Of a DNA stretch of 64,000 nucleotides, positions 17,984 to 27,513 are shown in pieces. How positions within the stretch are numbered: position 1 is the first letter of the stretch; each line of letters starts with the position of its first letter. Location of the stretch: assembly GCA_944323205.1 (NCBI GenBank), contig CALURO010000008.1, positions 42,660 through 106,659 on the forward strand. Reading direction: 5' to 3'. A program made the translations under genes and the position numbers. Source of the DNA: an uncultured Mucispirillum sp. GTDB taxonomy: Bacteria; Chrysiogenota; Deferribacteres; Deferribacterales; Mucispirillaceae. A model generated the notes under the pieces. It saw nothing but the letters and a program-made list of their open reading frames with translations, was not told the origin of the DNA and searched no databases.

Positions 17984-20101
17984 TTAAAAATATATACCTG
18001 CACCAAAATATGGTGTTGAACCACTGATTGTATCAGTCATCATACTTTCTAAAAATATGTTTAATCTCATACCTGTTCGCTCCATATTTTTATTTTGAAA
18101 TGCAATACCACCACGAAATACGCCACCAAAACTACTTTTACCATTATCTTCAGCAAAATATGCAGCATTTGCTTCACCAAAAAGTAGAAAATTACTTGTT
18201 AAATAAAAATCAATACCTAAACCAAAAGTAAGGCCTGTATCAATTGTATTGTTTGTGTTTGAAGATGAGCGATAATGGTAATCATAATAATCATCATAGT
18301 TATCATCTCTGCCGATATTGTCTTTTAATCCATCAATGCCAAGTATAACGCTTCCATTTATATAAATACCAAACCATCTATTAAAACGCCAGTGTGGCTG
18401 CATTGAAAATTCTACATTCATTATATCAAGATTAAAACCGCCTGCTGCTTGAAAGCCATAAAGCCAGTAACTTGTTTTATAACTGTTTACTAGTTTTACA
18501 GTATCAGAAGTGTTCGGTTTATATACTGTTTTAGAAGTATCATCTGCTTTAATCTGAATATTATTAACTTCCTGCTGTTTTGGTTTAGGGTTAAGTTCCT
18601 GTTCCAATTGTTCATACTGCAAAATCTCTGGAAAAATATCATATTTAGGATTAACAGAAAAAAACTGTTCTTTATTATTACCAAGATGCACTACTCTAAA
18701 ACCTTTTAAATAAGATTTTGCACCTTTTGCTCCATTTGGCTCTAATGCAAATACAGGCACTGCTTTAAAGCTGGCACGGGTATCATACAGAGCTCTAAAT
18801 TCCTGCAGTGATGTAAATTTATATATAAAATTATATTTTTTAGTTTTATATTTCACTATAATAGGCAGCTCTAAATTATCTAAATCACGCTCCCCAAAAT
18901 CTATTACTGCTTTTGAAGTATTACTTGAAACATACATGCCTGTATTATATTTTTTCAGTCTTTCATAAAGGGGCTTTAATGCTTTTAAAAGTGATGTTTT
19001 TGTATCCTTTTCGCTTTTTGCTTTTTTCTCTGCATATTCTGCATTTAAATCTAAAATATCTTGTTTTTTCTTGTTTTCAAAATCTGATTTTCTCTTATTA
19101 TATGCGCTTTTCTTTTCATTATATGTTGCAGTATTATCCCATTCCCCTTTTTTAGGCATTTCTTCTGTAAATTTTTGTTTTTCCAGTATTGCAAGCTGTG
19201 ATTTATGATACATTTCCATATTTTTGCTGTTTGCATTCATTGCCACATTATATTCATTAACAAGGCTGCTGAAATTTGTACGCACCTGAGCTGCGTCCAC
19301 TGCTGTTATTTCAACAGTGTCATTTGCTGCAATATCCATTGTTTTATCATTAATAAGAGCATTTTGTGCAAGCTCTGCTAAAAGTGCCTGATGCTCCATT
19401 TCTGCCTTTGCCTGAGCATCTTTTTCTGCGGCAATCCTTGCCTGTAATTCTGCATCTTTAGCCATATATTCTTTTTGTATCTGTTCCAATTCTTTAGCTG
19501 CCTGTATCTCTTCTGCCTGCTGTCTGCGTTGAGCTTCCATTAACTGCTGCTTAGCATTTGATATTTCTTTTTCCAGCTGTTTCTGCCTTGCTGCTCGTGC
19601 TTTTGCAATATTTGCAGCCTGTGCACTTAATGTTTTATCATACTCTTCTTTAGATGCACTTTTCAATTTCTTTTCAAGAGCAAGTTTTTCCTTTCTTTCC
19701 TGCTCTAATTCCTGCTTTAATGCTTCATTCTGCATAAGCTGCCTTAAAAATGCATCAAGCTCGCCAGAATCAACTGTTGCTTTAACCTGCACAGTTATAT
19801 AAGTCTGCCCTTTTTCTATTTCCTGCTTTAATATTTTAACATCTTTTTGAGCAATAGCACTTGTCTGCATCTTGATTTCATCTTTAGATACTTTGCCGTC
19901 AACTAATACAGTGCTGCTGGATACTGCGACACCTGCTTCTTCTGCCGCCTCTCTAAAAAGTTTTTCACTTATATACTGCTTAACCTGCTCAACAGACTGG
20001 TTTGCAGGAACTACTACTTTCTCTGTTTTTGTAATAGTCTTAATTTCTGCATAAGAATATATTGGTAAAATAAGTAAAAAAATAATAAATAAAATTCGCA
20101 T
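17984..20101 (-). CDS. Exported protein: LPP20/FlgT-N-like domain, long coiled coil and putative C-terminal outer-membrane beta-barrel
   Basis: Signal peptide; REAAEEAGVAVSSST; A/E/K/Q-rich helix; alternating aromatic strands ending YFGAGIYF. Confidence 0.6.
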   Translation of the reverse strand: MRILFIIFLLILPIYSYAEIKTITKTEKVVVPANQSVEQVKQYISEKLFREAAEEAGVAVSSSTVLVDGKVSKDEIKMQTSAIAQKDVKILKQEIEKGQTYITVQVKATVDSGELDAFLRQLMQNEALKQELEQERKEKLALEKKLKSASKEEYDKTLSAQAANIAKARAARQKQLEKEISNAKQQLMEAQRRQQAEEIQAAKELEQIQKEYMAKDAELQARIAAEKDAQAKAEMEHQALLAELAQNALINDKTMDIAANDTVEITAVDAAQVRTNFSSLVNEYNVAMNANSKNMEMYHKSQLAILEKQKFTEEMPKKGEWDNTATYNEKKSAYNKRKSDFENKKKQDILDLNAEYAEKKAKSEKDTKTSLLKALKPLYERLKKYNTGMYVSSNTSKAVIDFGERDLDNLELPIIVKYKTKKYNFIYKFTSLQEFRALYDTRASFKAVPVFALEPNGAKGAKSYLKGFRVVHLGNNKEQFFSVNPKYDIFPEILQYEQLEQELNPKPKQQEVNNIQIKADDTSKTVYKPNTSDTVKLVNSYKTSYWLYGFQAAGGFNLDIMNVEFSMQPHWRFNRWFGIYINGSVILGIDGLKDNIGRDDNYDDYYDYHYRSSSNTNNTIDTGLTFGLGIDFYLTSNFLLFGEANAAYFAEDNGKSSFGGVFRGGIAFQNKNMERTGMRLNIFLESMMTDTISGSTPYFGAGIYF

Positions 20102-20199
20102 AATTGAACCTTTTTTGTAATCTTTTTACTCTATCATACTATTATGAAAAATCAACATTTTTATTTACTGCTTCACCCCTATTTTCTTAAACACCTTAT

Positions 20200-20460
20200 G
20201 TCACTCAGACGAGCGGTTTATGCGAGGACACTTTTTCCCGACTGAATAAGTAGGAAATAGAAATGTGTAGCTGGAAAGAATTTGAAAATAAAAGTTTAAA
20301 TAGATTCTTCACCTACTATCGTAGGCTCTGAATGACAGTGGTATATTGGCAACTATTACCATTTTGTCACTCAGAGGGAGCTTGCGACCGAAGAGTCTAT
20401 AATTTTTACAAGCTAGAACATTATAAGATTCTTCGCCTACTATCGCAGGCTCTGAATGAC
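20200..20460. repeat. Two tandem REP/REPIN-like hairpin units (20200-20336 and 20366-20460)
   Basis: Both start GTCACTCAGA and end GATTCTTC(A/G)CCTACTATCG(T/C)AGGCTCTGAATGAC. Confidence 0.85.
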
Positions 20461-20560
20461 AGTTATTACAATTATTTCTATTTTTACATATATTATAAAG
20501 TAGTTATAGCATTTTTTAATAAAAAATTGGGATAAAGAAGTTTTATTTTATATATATTTC

Positions 20561-20577
20561 ACGACACTATATGTCGT
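20561..20577. promoter_or_regulatory. Palindromic operator candidate upstream of nrdBA (NrdR-box-like, also CGAC-N7-GTCG)
   Basis: ACGACA-CTATA-TGTCGT; the overlapping ACACTATATGTCGTTT fits the NrdR consensus at most positions. Confidence 0.5.
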
Positions 20578-20644
20578 TTAAAAAATTTTATACTAATATA
20601 TCAATATGTTAGTAGACTTAACAAAATTTATACTTGAATTAAAA

Positions 20645-20792
20645 AAAATTTTCTGATAAAAAATAATCAGAGATAAGCGGAAGCAGGTGAGATGCCTGCA
20701 CTGCCCCCGCAACTGTATGCTAGACAAAACCCATTATGCCACTGATATTCGGGAAGGCGGGTAGAGGTTGAAAGCAAGTCAGGATATGCTTA
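20645..20792 (+). ncRNA. Cobalamin (B12) riboswitch
   Basis: GGAAGCAGGTGAGATGCCTGCACTGCCCCCGCAACTGTA, GCCACTG...GGGAAGGC (B12 box), AAGTCAGGA. Confidence 0.9.
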
Positions 20793-20991
20793 ACTCATTC
20801 ATTATTCTTCGGAGGGAAGCCTATGAGAAAAAACTCTATTTAACATTCTTTTTTACACCACATACATACTCTTAACTAACCAGACAGCAAATATTTCTGC
20901 GTGCATTGACCTCGCCCGTATAAATTATATCTGTAAGTCTATCTGGTTAGTTTTCTTATTTAATATAAATATGCTATAAGGAAGTAATTTT

Positions 20992-22074
20992 ATGAACAGT
21001 AAAATATTGGATATTTCTTTCAAACATGAGAAAGAAAAAATTTTTTTTGGTGATTTTGGCCACTATATACGCATAGATAATATAACCCATGAAATTGCAA
21101 GAAAATTAAAAGAAGCCAGTGAAGGCAATACATGGTTTACAAAAGAGATAGACTATAAATCTGACAAAGTCCGTTTTCAAAGTCTGCCAGATGATGCGAA
21201 GCGTGCATTTAAACTAAATATTGCATACCAAACATTAATGGACAGCGGCGTCACAAGCGGACTTAGTTTTGTAATGAGCAGAGTTGTAACAAGCTCTATA
21301 TGGAGCCTTTTATATGCAAGGATAGCTATAGAAGAAGCAATACATGCAGAATCTTATTCTTATGGCTTATCAGAAGTTTTTGGCCATGAAGCAGCTGAAA
21401 CTTTAGATTTAGTGTATAATGATAACTTTGTAAAAAGACGCATGGAAAAAGAGTGTATGCTTTTTGATAATGTATCTGATTTATGCTTATCTGATGATAC
21501 ATCTGTTAATCTCGATGATAAAAAGAAAGCACTTTTAAGCCTGCTTTTAGGTATATATTACTTAGAAGGTATAAAATTCCCTTTTTCATTTTTAGTTACT
21601 TTCATAATAAATAACAGCTACAATGACGCCATTACTGGCTTTACTAAAACTATTAAGCTGATAGCCCATGATGAACTTTCTGTCCATGTGGTAACTGGCA
21701 AAAATATATTAAATATTTTAGCCCGTGATGAAAATGAAGGGTTTAAGCATCTTTTTGATAACGGATTTTTCAGAGAAACTGCATTAAGCATAGTTAGTGA
21801 AGTAGTTAATCAGGAAATAGAATGGGCAAAATATCTTTTTGATGGTTTTCATGTAGCAGGTATAAACAGCCAGATATCAGAAAATTTTATTAAATACTGG
21901 GCAAATATCCGCCTTAAAGATATAGGCATAGCAGATAACCCATATATGAAAGAAGAAAAAACAGATATTATTGAATGGTTTAATAATTACAGAAATATTA
22001 ACAAGCAGAATGCAGCATTACAGGAAACCTCAAACACATCTTACCAAAAAGGTGTATTGAAAAACGATTTATAG
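20992..22074 (+). CDS. nrdB: Class I ribonucleotide reductase beta subunit
   Basis: YQTLMDS, EEAIHAESY (radical Tyr), LEGIKF, HDELSVH; C-terminal QETSNTSY. Confidence 0.92.
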   Translation: MNSKILDISFKHEKEKIFFGDFGHYIRIDNITHEIARKLKEASEGNTWFTKEIDYKSDKVRFQSLPDDAKRAFKLNIAYQTLMDSGVTSGLSFVMSRVVTSSIWSLLYARIAIEEAIHAESYSYGLSEVFGHEAAETLDLVYNDNFVKRRMEKECMLFDNVSDLCLSDDTSVNLDDKKKALLSLLLGIYYLEGIKFPFSFLVTFIINNSYNDAITGFTKTIKLIAHDELSVHVVTGKNILNILARDENEGFKHLFDNGFFRETALSIVSEVVNQEIEWAKYLFDGFHVAGINSQISENFIKYWANIRLKDIGIADNPYMKEEKTDIIEWFNNYRNINKQNAALQETSNTSYQKGVLKNDL

Positions 22075-22081
22075 GTGTAAA

Positions 22082-24355
22082 ATGGTAATACTTACAGAAG
22101 GTAAAAAACATATAATAATTAAGAGAGACGGCAGAGAAGAGCCATACAGCGAAGAAAAACTTAGGAAAGTTACATCATGGGCAGCTGATGGAAAAACAGC
22201 ATTTGTTGATAAGCTTTTAAAAGATTTAAATATTAAGATAAATAATAAAATGAAAATCACTGATTTATATGATGCACTTATCACTACAGCAGTAAATAAT
22301 ATAAGCCCACTTTATACAGAATATGATGAAATAGCAGAAAAGCTGTATTTAATGAAAATATATAAAGAAACTTATGGTCTTAAAAAAACAGGTCAGTACC
22401 CCCATTTAAGTTTAGTACTCAGCCGTGGAGTAAAGGCAGGCATTTATTCTAAAGAGTTTGTAAACTCATTTTCCCATAAAGAAATAGATTTGTTACACGA
22501 TATGATAGAGCCGGACAGGGATTTTTTATTTACATATAAAGCATTAAATACATTTTTTACAAAATACTGCAAGACTATAAAGAATAAAAAGCTGGAGCTT
22601 CCACAGATTACTTATATGGTAGCTGCTATGTTTTCATTTTATAATGATGATAGGAAAAAAAGAATGCAGTATATAAAAGAAACTTATGATATGTTAAGTA
22701 CTCATAAAATTACATTTGCAACACCGCGTATTATGAACAGCGGCTATAGAAATCCGCAGCTTGCATCATGTGTATTAAATACTCCAGATGATGATACTTG
22801 GAGCTTAAACCAGACAGATGGAAATATTGCTCTTTATTCAAAATTTTCAGGGGGTATTGCCTATGATGTATCAAATATTCGCTCATCAGGCTCAAAAATA
22901 GCTTCTTTTAATGGAATATCTGATGGCCCTGTACCTTTTATTAAACGATTAGAGCAGACTGTTTCTGCCTTTAACCAGCAGAGCAAAAGAAAAGGCTCAT
23001 GTGTAGTAACATTTCCTTTCTGGCATTATGATGTGCAGGATATGGTTATGTTAAAAGATGCAGGCGGTACAGAAGATACACGGGCTAGAAAATTAATGTA
23101 TTCTATCCGCATACATAATATTTTTAAAGAAAGAGTTGAGCAGGACGCAGATATTACTTTATTTGACCCAAAAGATACTCCACTTTTAAACTGTACTTAT
23201 GGCAAAGAGTTTGAAAAAGCATATATAGAGTATGAAACAAAACCCGGTATCCGCAAAAAAACTGTAAAAGCTAAAGATTTACTCTATCTTATACTAAAAG
23301 TCCGAACAGAAAGCGGCAACCTGTATTTTACTTTTGTAGATAATATTAATGAACAGTCTGTATTAAATACATTTATTGGTGCATCTAACTTATGTACTGA
23401 AGTGCTTGTGCCATCATCACCATCTAAACTTGTAAGTGAAGAATTATATCTTAATTCTAAAAACGAATATGAAATACATCAGATACGGAAAAGCGGAGAA
23501 ATTGGTATATGTAACTTATGCTCTATAAACCTTGTATCATGGGATAAAATGACATTAAAAGAAAAAACTGAATTTTCTTATACACTTTTAAGGGGCTGTG
23601 ATAATATAATAGATACACAGTTTTATCCTGTAAAAGAAGCCCTTGCTTCAAATATAAAAAACAGACCTATTGGAATAGGGGTATTAAACTATGCAAACCT
23701 GCTGGCATCTAAAAAAATCAAATTTACAGATGATGCTGCAAAGGAATTTACTAATAAACTTTTTGATGATTTATATTATCACTTATATTCTGCTGCCTGC
23801 ACATTAGCAAAAGAAAGGGGTGCATACCCTGCCTTTAAGCAGTCTAAATGGAGTTCAGGCAAAACACCATTTCATCTTTCCTTATTTAATCATAAGAAAT
23901 TTAATTTATCAGCAGATAAAAAGAAATGGGACAGGTTAGCAGATGATATTAAAACATTCGGCATAAGGTTTTCTTATGTGGCAGCAATCGCACCTACTGC
24001 AACAAGCGGAAAAAGTATTTCTGCCACAGAATCTATTGAGCCTGTTATGGATTTATTTTATATGGAAGAAGGTCTGCAAAATATCCCTACTCTTGCAGCA
24101 AATATTAAGGAAAACAGGCTTTATTATGAAAGATGCTGGGATATTCCTGCAAAAACTATTATTGAGCTTGCAGCAATCAGGCAGAAATATATTGACCAGT
24201 CTCAGTCTGTTACACTTTATTATACAAAGCCAGAATCAGCTAAACTACTATGGGAAGATATAAAATATGCAATGGAGCTTGGATTAAAAACACTTTATTA
24301 TATGAAAACACCAAAATATAATTTTAATGAAGAAATATGTGAAAGCTGCTCTTAA
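22082..24355 (+). CDS. nrdA: Class I ribonucleotide reductase alpha subunit with ATP cone
   Basis: IIKRDG ATP cone; ATPRIMN; LASCVL; SNLCTEV; IAPTATS; TLYYM; terminal CESCS. Confidence 0.95.
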   Translation: MVILTEGKKHIIIKRDGREEPYSEEKLRKVTSWAADGKTAFVDKLLKDLNIKINNKMKITDLYDALITTAVNNISPLYTEYDEIAEKLYLMKIYKETYGLKKTGQYPHLSLVLSRGVKAGIYSKEFVNSFSHKEIDLLHDMIEPDRDFLFTYKALNTFFTKYCKTIKNKKLELPQITYMVAAMFSFYNDDRKKRMQYIKETYDMLSTHKITFATPRIMNSGYRNPQLASCVLNTPDDDTWSLNQTDGNIALYSKFSGGIAYDVSNIRSSGSKIASFNGISDGPVPFIKRLEQTVSAFNQQSKRKGSCVVTFPFWHYDVQDMVMLKDAGGTEDTRARKLMYSIRIHNIFKERVEQDADITLFDPKDTPLLNCTYGKEFEKAYIEYETKPGIRKKTVKAKDLLYLILKVRTESGNLYFTFVDNINEQSVLNTFIGASNLCTEVLVPSSPSKLVSEELYLNSKNEYEIHQIRKSGEIGICNLCSINLVSWDKMTLKEKTEFSYTLLRGCDNIIDTQFYPVKEALASNIKNRPIGIGVLNYANLLASKKIKFTDDAAKEFTNKLFDDLYYHLYSAACTLAKERGAYPAFKQSKWSSGKTPFHLSLFNHKKFNLSADKKKWDRLADDIKTFGIRFSYVAAIAPTATSGKSISATESIEPVMDLFYMEEGLQNIPTLAANIKENRLYYERCWDIPAKTIIELAAIRQKYIDQSQSVTLYYTKPESAKLLWEDIKYAMELGLKTLYYMKTPKYNFNEEICESCS

Positions 24356-24464
24356 ATAGATATTTTTTTCTGATTTGTCTAATCTATTATACTTTTGTAA
24401 TTATTATATTGAGAGTATCAAGATTATATGATATTTTGGTAAATTATATTAACAGGTAATATTT

Positions 24465-26120
24465 ATGGTAGAAATAATTACAGGTATTATAGATTTACTT
24501 ATCATTGCAGGTGTTATTTTTGCAGTATTCTTTATCAGAAAAAGGTTAAAATATAACACTAGGAGAAAATATATGCTTATAGCTTTTTTTATTCTTTTTG
24601 GTATTATCCTTGTTGCCAGCAGTGCAACCGTTATATATTCTACAAAAAATCTGCCAAAGGATTATAAAACACGCATTTCTTCAAAAATTATTATTCCACC
24701 TTATGATACATTAAAAACACCTGTAAGTATGGTGTATGAAGAAGAACTAAAAAATAATCCATCACAAAGCGGTGCTATGCTTATTAAAAGCGGCAAAGTA
24801 TCATTTTTACATAGAATTGCATTAGTGCGAATGGCGCGTCATTCCATAGAATTGCAGACATATATATATGAAAATGATGTTACTTCAAGAATATTAATGC
24901 ATGAAATGAAACTTGCAGCAGACAGGGGCGTAAAAATCCGTATTTTAGTAGATGACCATGGGCTTTCTTCAGATACAAGCGATATTATGCTTTTAAACTA
25001 CCACCCAAATATACAGGTAAAAGTTTTTAACCCATATAAATACCGCTCAAAAATATTAAAATATCCTCAGTTTCTTTTTAATATAAGCAGGCTGAATTAC
25101 AGAATGCATAATAAACTTTTTATAGTAGATAACTCTGCAGTTATAATAGGTGGCAGAAATATTGCCAGCAACTATTTTGATGACAGTACACAGTTAAATT
25201 TTTCAGATACTGATGTACTTTTCATTGGTAAACTGGCTCAAGATGCACTTGGTTCTTTTAATGAATACTGGAATTATCATAAATCAATACCAGTAGATGT
25301 TTTTCCTAACCATAATAATCCGGAAGAATTAAATATTTTAGATAAAGAGATTACTGCAAAAACTGTCTATTATCAGCAGGAAAAAGAAATGTTTAATGCT
25401 GCAATAAAATTATTTATACAAGGCTTTAATGATAAAAAATTCCCTATTTACTGGGGCAGTTCTAAGTTAATTGCAGATAATCCTGAAAAGACAGATGGAA
25501 CAGGATATATAAGCCCTATTATAAGTGCACTTGGCGGGTTATGGCAGGAAACAAAAAAATCTGTACATATATCTGCTGCATATTTTGTACCCGGTAAAAA
25601 CGGTACAAAAAACTTAATTAATGGTGCAAGAAAAGGCATAGATATAAATATTTTAACAAACTCACTTTCTTCAACAGATGCAAAAATAGTATATTCTGGC
25701 TGGGACAGATACAGAGATGAGTTAGTATTAAACGGCATAAATGTTTATGAATTTCGCAACGAAGGTTATAAAGTATATAACAGACATAATTCTGGTGCAT
25801 CACTGCACAGTAAAACAATAGTGGTAGATGATAAAATAAGTTGGATAGGAAGTTTTAATCTAGACGGCAGGTCTGCAATATATAATACAGAAGTTATTGC
25901 CGCCTTTTTCAATGAAGATTTTGCAAAAATCTTAAGAGAAGCTATGGAAAAAGATATGTCTGAATATATTTCCTGGAAACTTTATGCAGAAAACGGCAAA
26001 ACATACTGGAAAACATATAAAAACGGCAAAGAAATCATAAAAAGCCATATTCCAGATACATCTATTTTTATGCAGATAGTTACTTTTATATTAAAAATAG
26101 TTCCAGAAAAGCTGATATAG
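24465..26120 (+). CDS. Phospholipase D family protein (ClsC/YmdC-like cardiolipin synthase)
   Basis: Two HKD motifs, RMHNKLFIVD..GGRNI and LHSKTIVVD..GSFNLD; N-terminal TMs. Confidence 0.88.
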   Translation: MVEIITGIIDLLIIAGVIFAVFFIRKRLKYNTRRKYMLIAFFILFGIILVASSATVIYSTKNLPKDYKTRISSKIIIPPYDTLKTPVSMVYEEELKNNPSQSGAMLIKSGKVSFLHRIALVRMARHSIELQTYIYENDVTSRILMHEMKLAADRGVKIRILVDDHGLSSDTSDIMLLNYHPNIQVKVFNPYKYRSKILKYPQFLFNISRLNYRMHNKLFIVDNSAVIIGGRNIASNYFDDSTQLNFSDTDVLFIGKLAQDALGSFNEYWNYHKSIPVDVFPNHNNPEELNILDKEITAKTVYYQQEKEMFNAAIKLFIQGFNDKKFPIYWGSSKLIADNPEKTDGTGYISPIISALGGLWQETKKSVHISAAYFVPGKNGTKNLINGARKGIDINILTNSLSSTDAKIVYSGWDRYRDELVLNGINVYEFRNEGYKVYNRHNSGASLHSKTIVVDDKISWIGSFNLDGRSAIYNTEVIAAFFNEDFAKILREAMEKDMSEYISWKLYAENGKTYWKTYKNGKEIIKSHIPDTSIFMQIVTFILKIVPEKLI

Positions 26121-26247
26121 TTATATGTTGATTTGTTAAATTTAGATAATACATTTATTTATATTATTTTCTTGACTATACTTTTTATCAGGTATAAAAT
26201 TTATACATTAAAATTTTAATTGTAATATTATATTGAGAGAACAATTC

Positions 26248-26736
26248 ATGCATAAAATTTATATATTTTTTTTACTAATTTATACTTTTACTTTTTTCAC
26301 AGGCTGTGCATTAAAACCAGTTGATGTTATTAAAAATGCAGATTACACAAAATATAAATTCATATATGTTTCTCCAACAAATACAGTAACTTCAAGCAGC
26401 GAATCAATTTATACTGGTTATAACGGCTATGTTTATGGTTCAACATATACACAGCAGACAAATCCAAGCGATATTATTACAGGTTTTTTTATGAAAAAAA
26501 ATTTTTTGCTTGTAAATGAAATTCGTAATCCTGAAAATACAATTATAATTAATTATGGACAAAGTGGAAAACGCAATATTGCAGGTGGACTTGCATATAC
26601 TCTTGAAGTAACAATACAATTACTCGATGCAAAAACTCATAATCTTATTTTTCAATGTTCTGCAGAAGGTATGGGATCAACAGAAGCAGAAGATATTAGA
26701 ATAGCAGTAAATAGGTGTTTAGATAGTTTGCAGTAA
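26248..26736 (+). CDS. Putative lipoprotein (DUF4136-like)
   Basis: Lipobox FFTGC; EVTIQLLDAKTHNLIF. Confidence 0.65.
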   Translation: MHKIYIFFLLIYTFTFFTGCALKPVDVIKNADYTKYKFIYVSPTNTVTSSSESIYTGYNGYVYGSTYTQQTNPSDIITGFFMKKNFLLVNEIRNPENTIIINYGQSGKRNIAGGLAYTLEVTIQLLDAKTHNLIFQCSAEGMGSTEAEDIRIAVNRCLDSLQ

Positions 26737-26738
26737 TA

Positions 26739-27447
26739 GAGTCTGTGAAAAAAAGTCTGTAAATTCAGTTTTCTATGATTATATTTTTTATATCCTGCTC
26801 TATGAATACCAGAATAAAGTTATTTAGTCAAGAGCAGGTTTATTTTTCACATTTCTATATTCTATTCAGGCAACCGTCCTTCATACATAATGCTTAATTC
26901 CTCATAAACTTGAGCCCAGTTCCTAATAGTACCAGTCCATTTTTTAGCTGCTTCAAATGTTGCCAAATAAAGAGCCTTTAAAAGTGCTGTATCACTTGGA
27001 AATACACTCCGTTGACTGTTTAATTTACGATAGACAGAATTTAATGATTCTATTGTATTTGTTGTATATATGACTTTCCTAACTGACATAGAGAATTTTT
27101 AAATATAGGGAAAATACAATCCCAGTTTTCTTTCCACCGCTTCATAGTATTAGGGTATAACTGGAACGCTCTAATTTGCTGTAACCTAAATGGGTATCTA
27201 TTTCTGTTTCCATCATCTCTTTAATGGTGCCACCTAACAGGTCTTTTAAGGCTTCTTGAATATCATTAGCTGATTTAATATCATATTCTGATAATAAATT
27301 CGCTATTATTTGACGCTTACCATCCGTCATTACTACTTTGTGTACTGGTTTCTTCCTTTGTGCCATACTTAAGCTCATTTAATATATTTTTATTATATCA
27401 TAGAAAACTTAAATTTGCACTATTTACAGACCTTTTTTCACAGGCTC
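26739..27447 (-). mobile_element. Internally deleted IS256-family element, copy 2
   Basis: Ends GAGTCTGTGAAAAAAAGTCTGTAAA and TTTACAGACCTTTTTTCACAGGCTC; near-identical to 12045..12662 with the same internal junction. Confidence 0.9.
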
Positions 27448-27513
27448 ATTGTCAAATTATTTTTTCGGCAGCCTGAAAAATGCAGTATCATTTATCTAAT
27501 ACTGCATTTTATT

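Noticed and set aside
20332-20535. 67-aa ORF
   Set aside because: It is read through REP hairpins and is probably spurious
27466-27480. GGCAGCCTGAAA resembling a Neisseriaceae-type uptake sequence
   Set aside because: Single occurrence within a terminator-like hairpin; chance is sufficient
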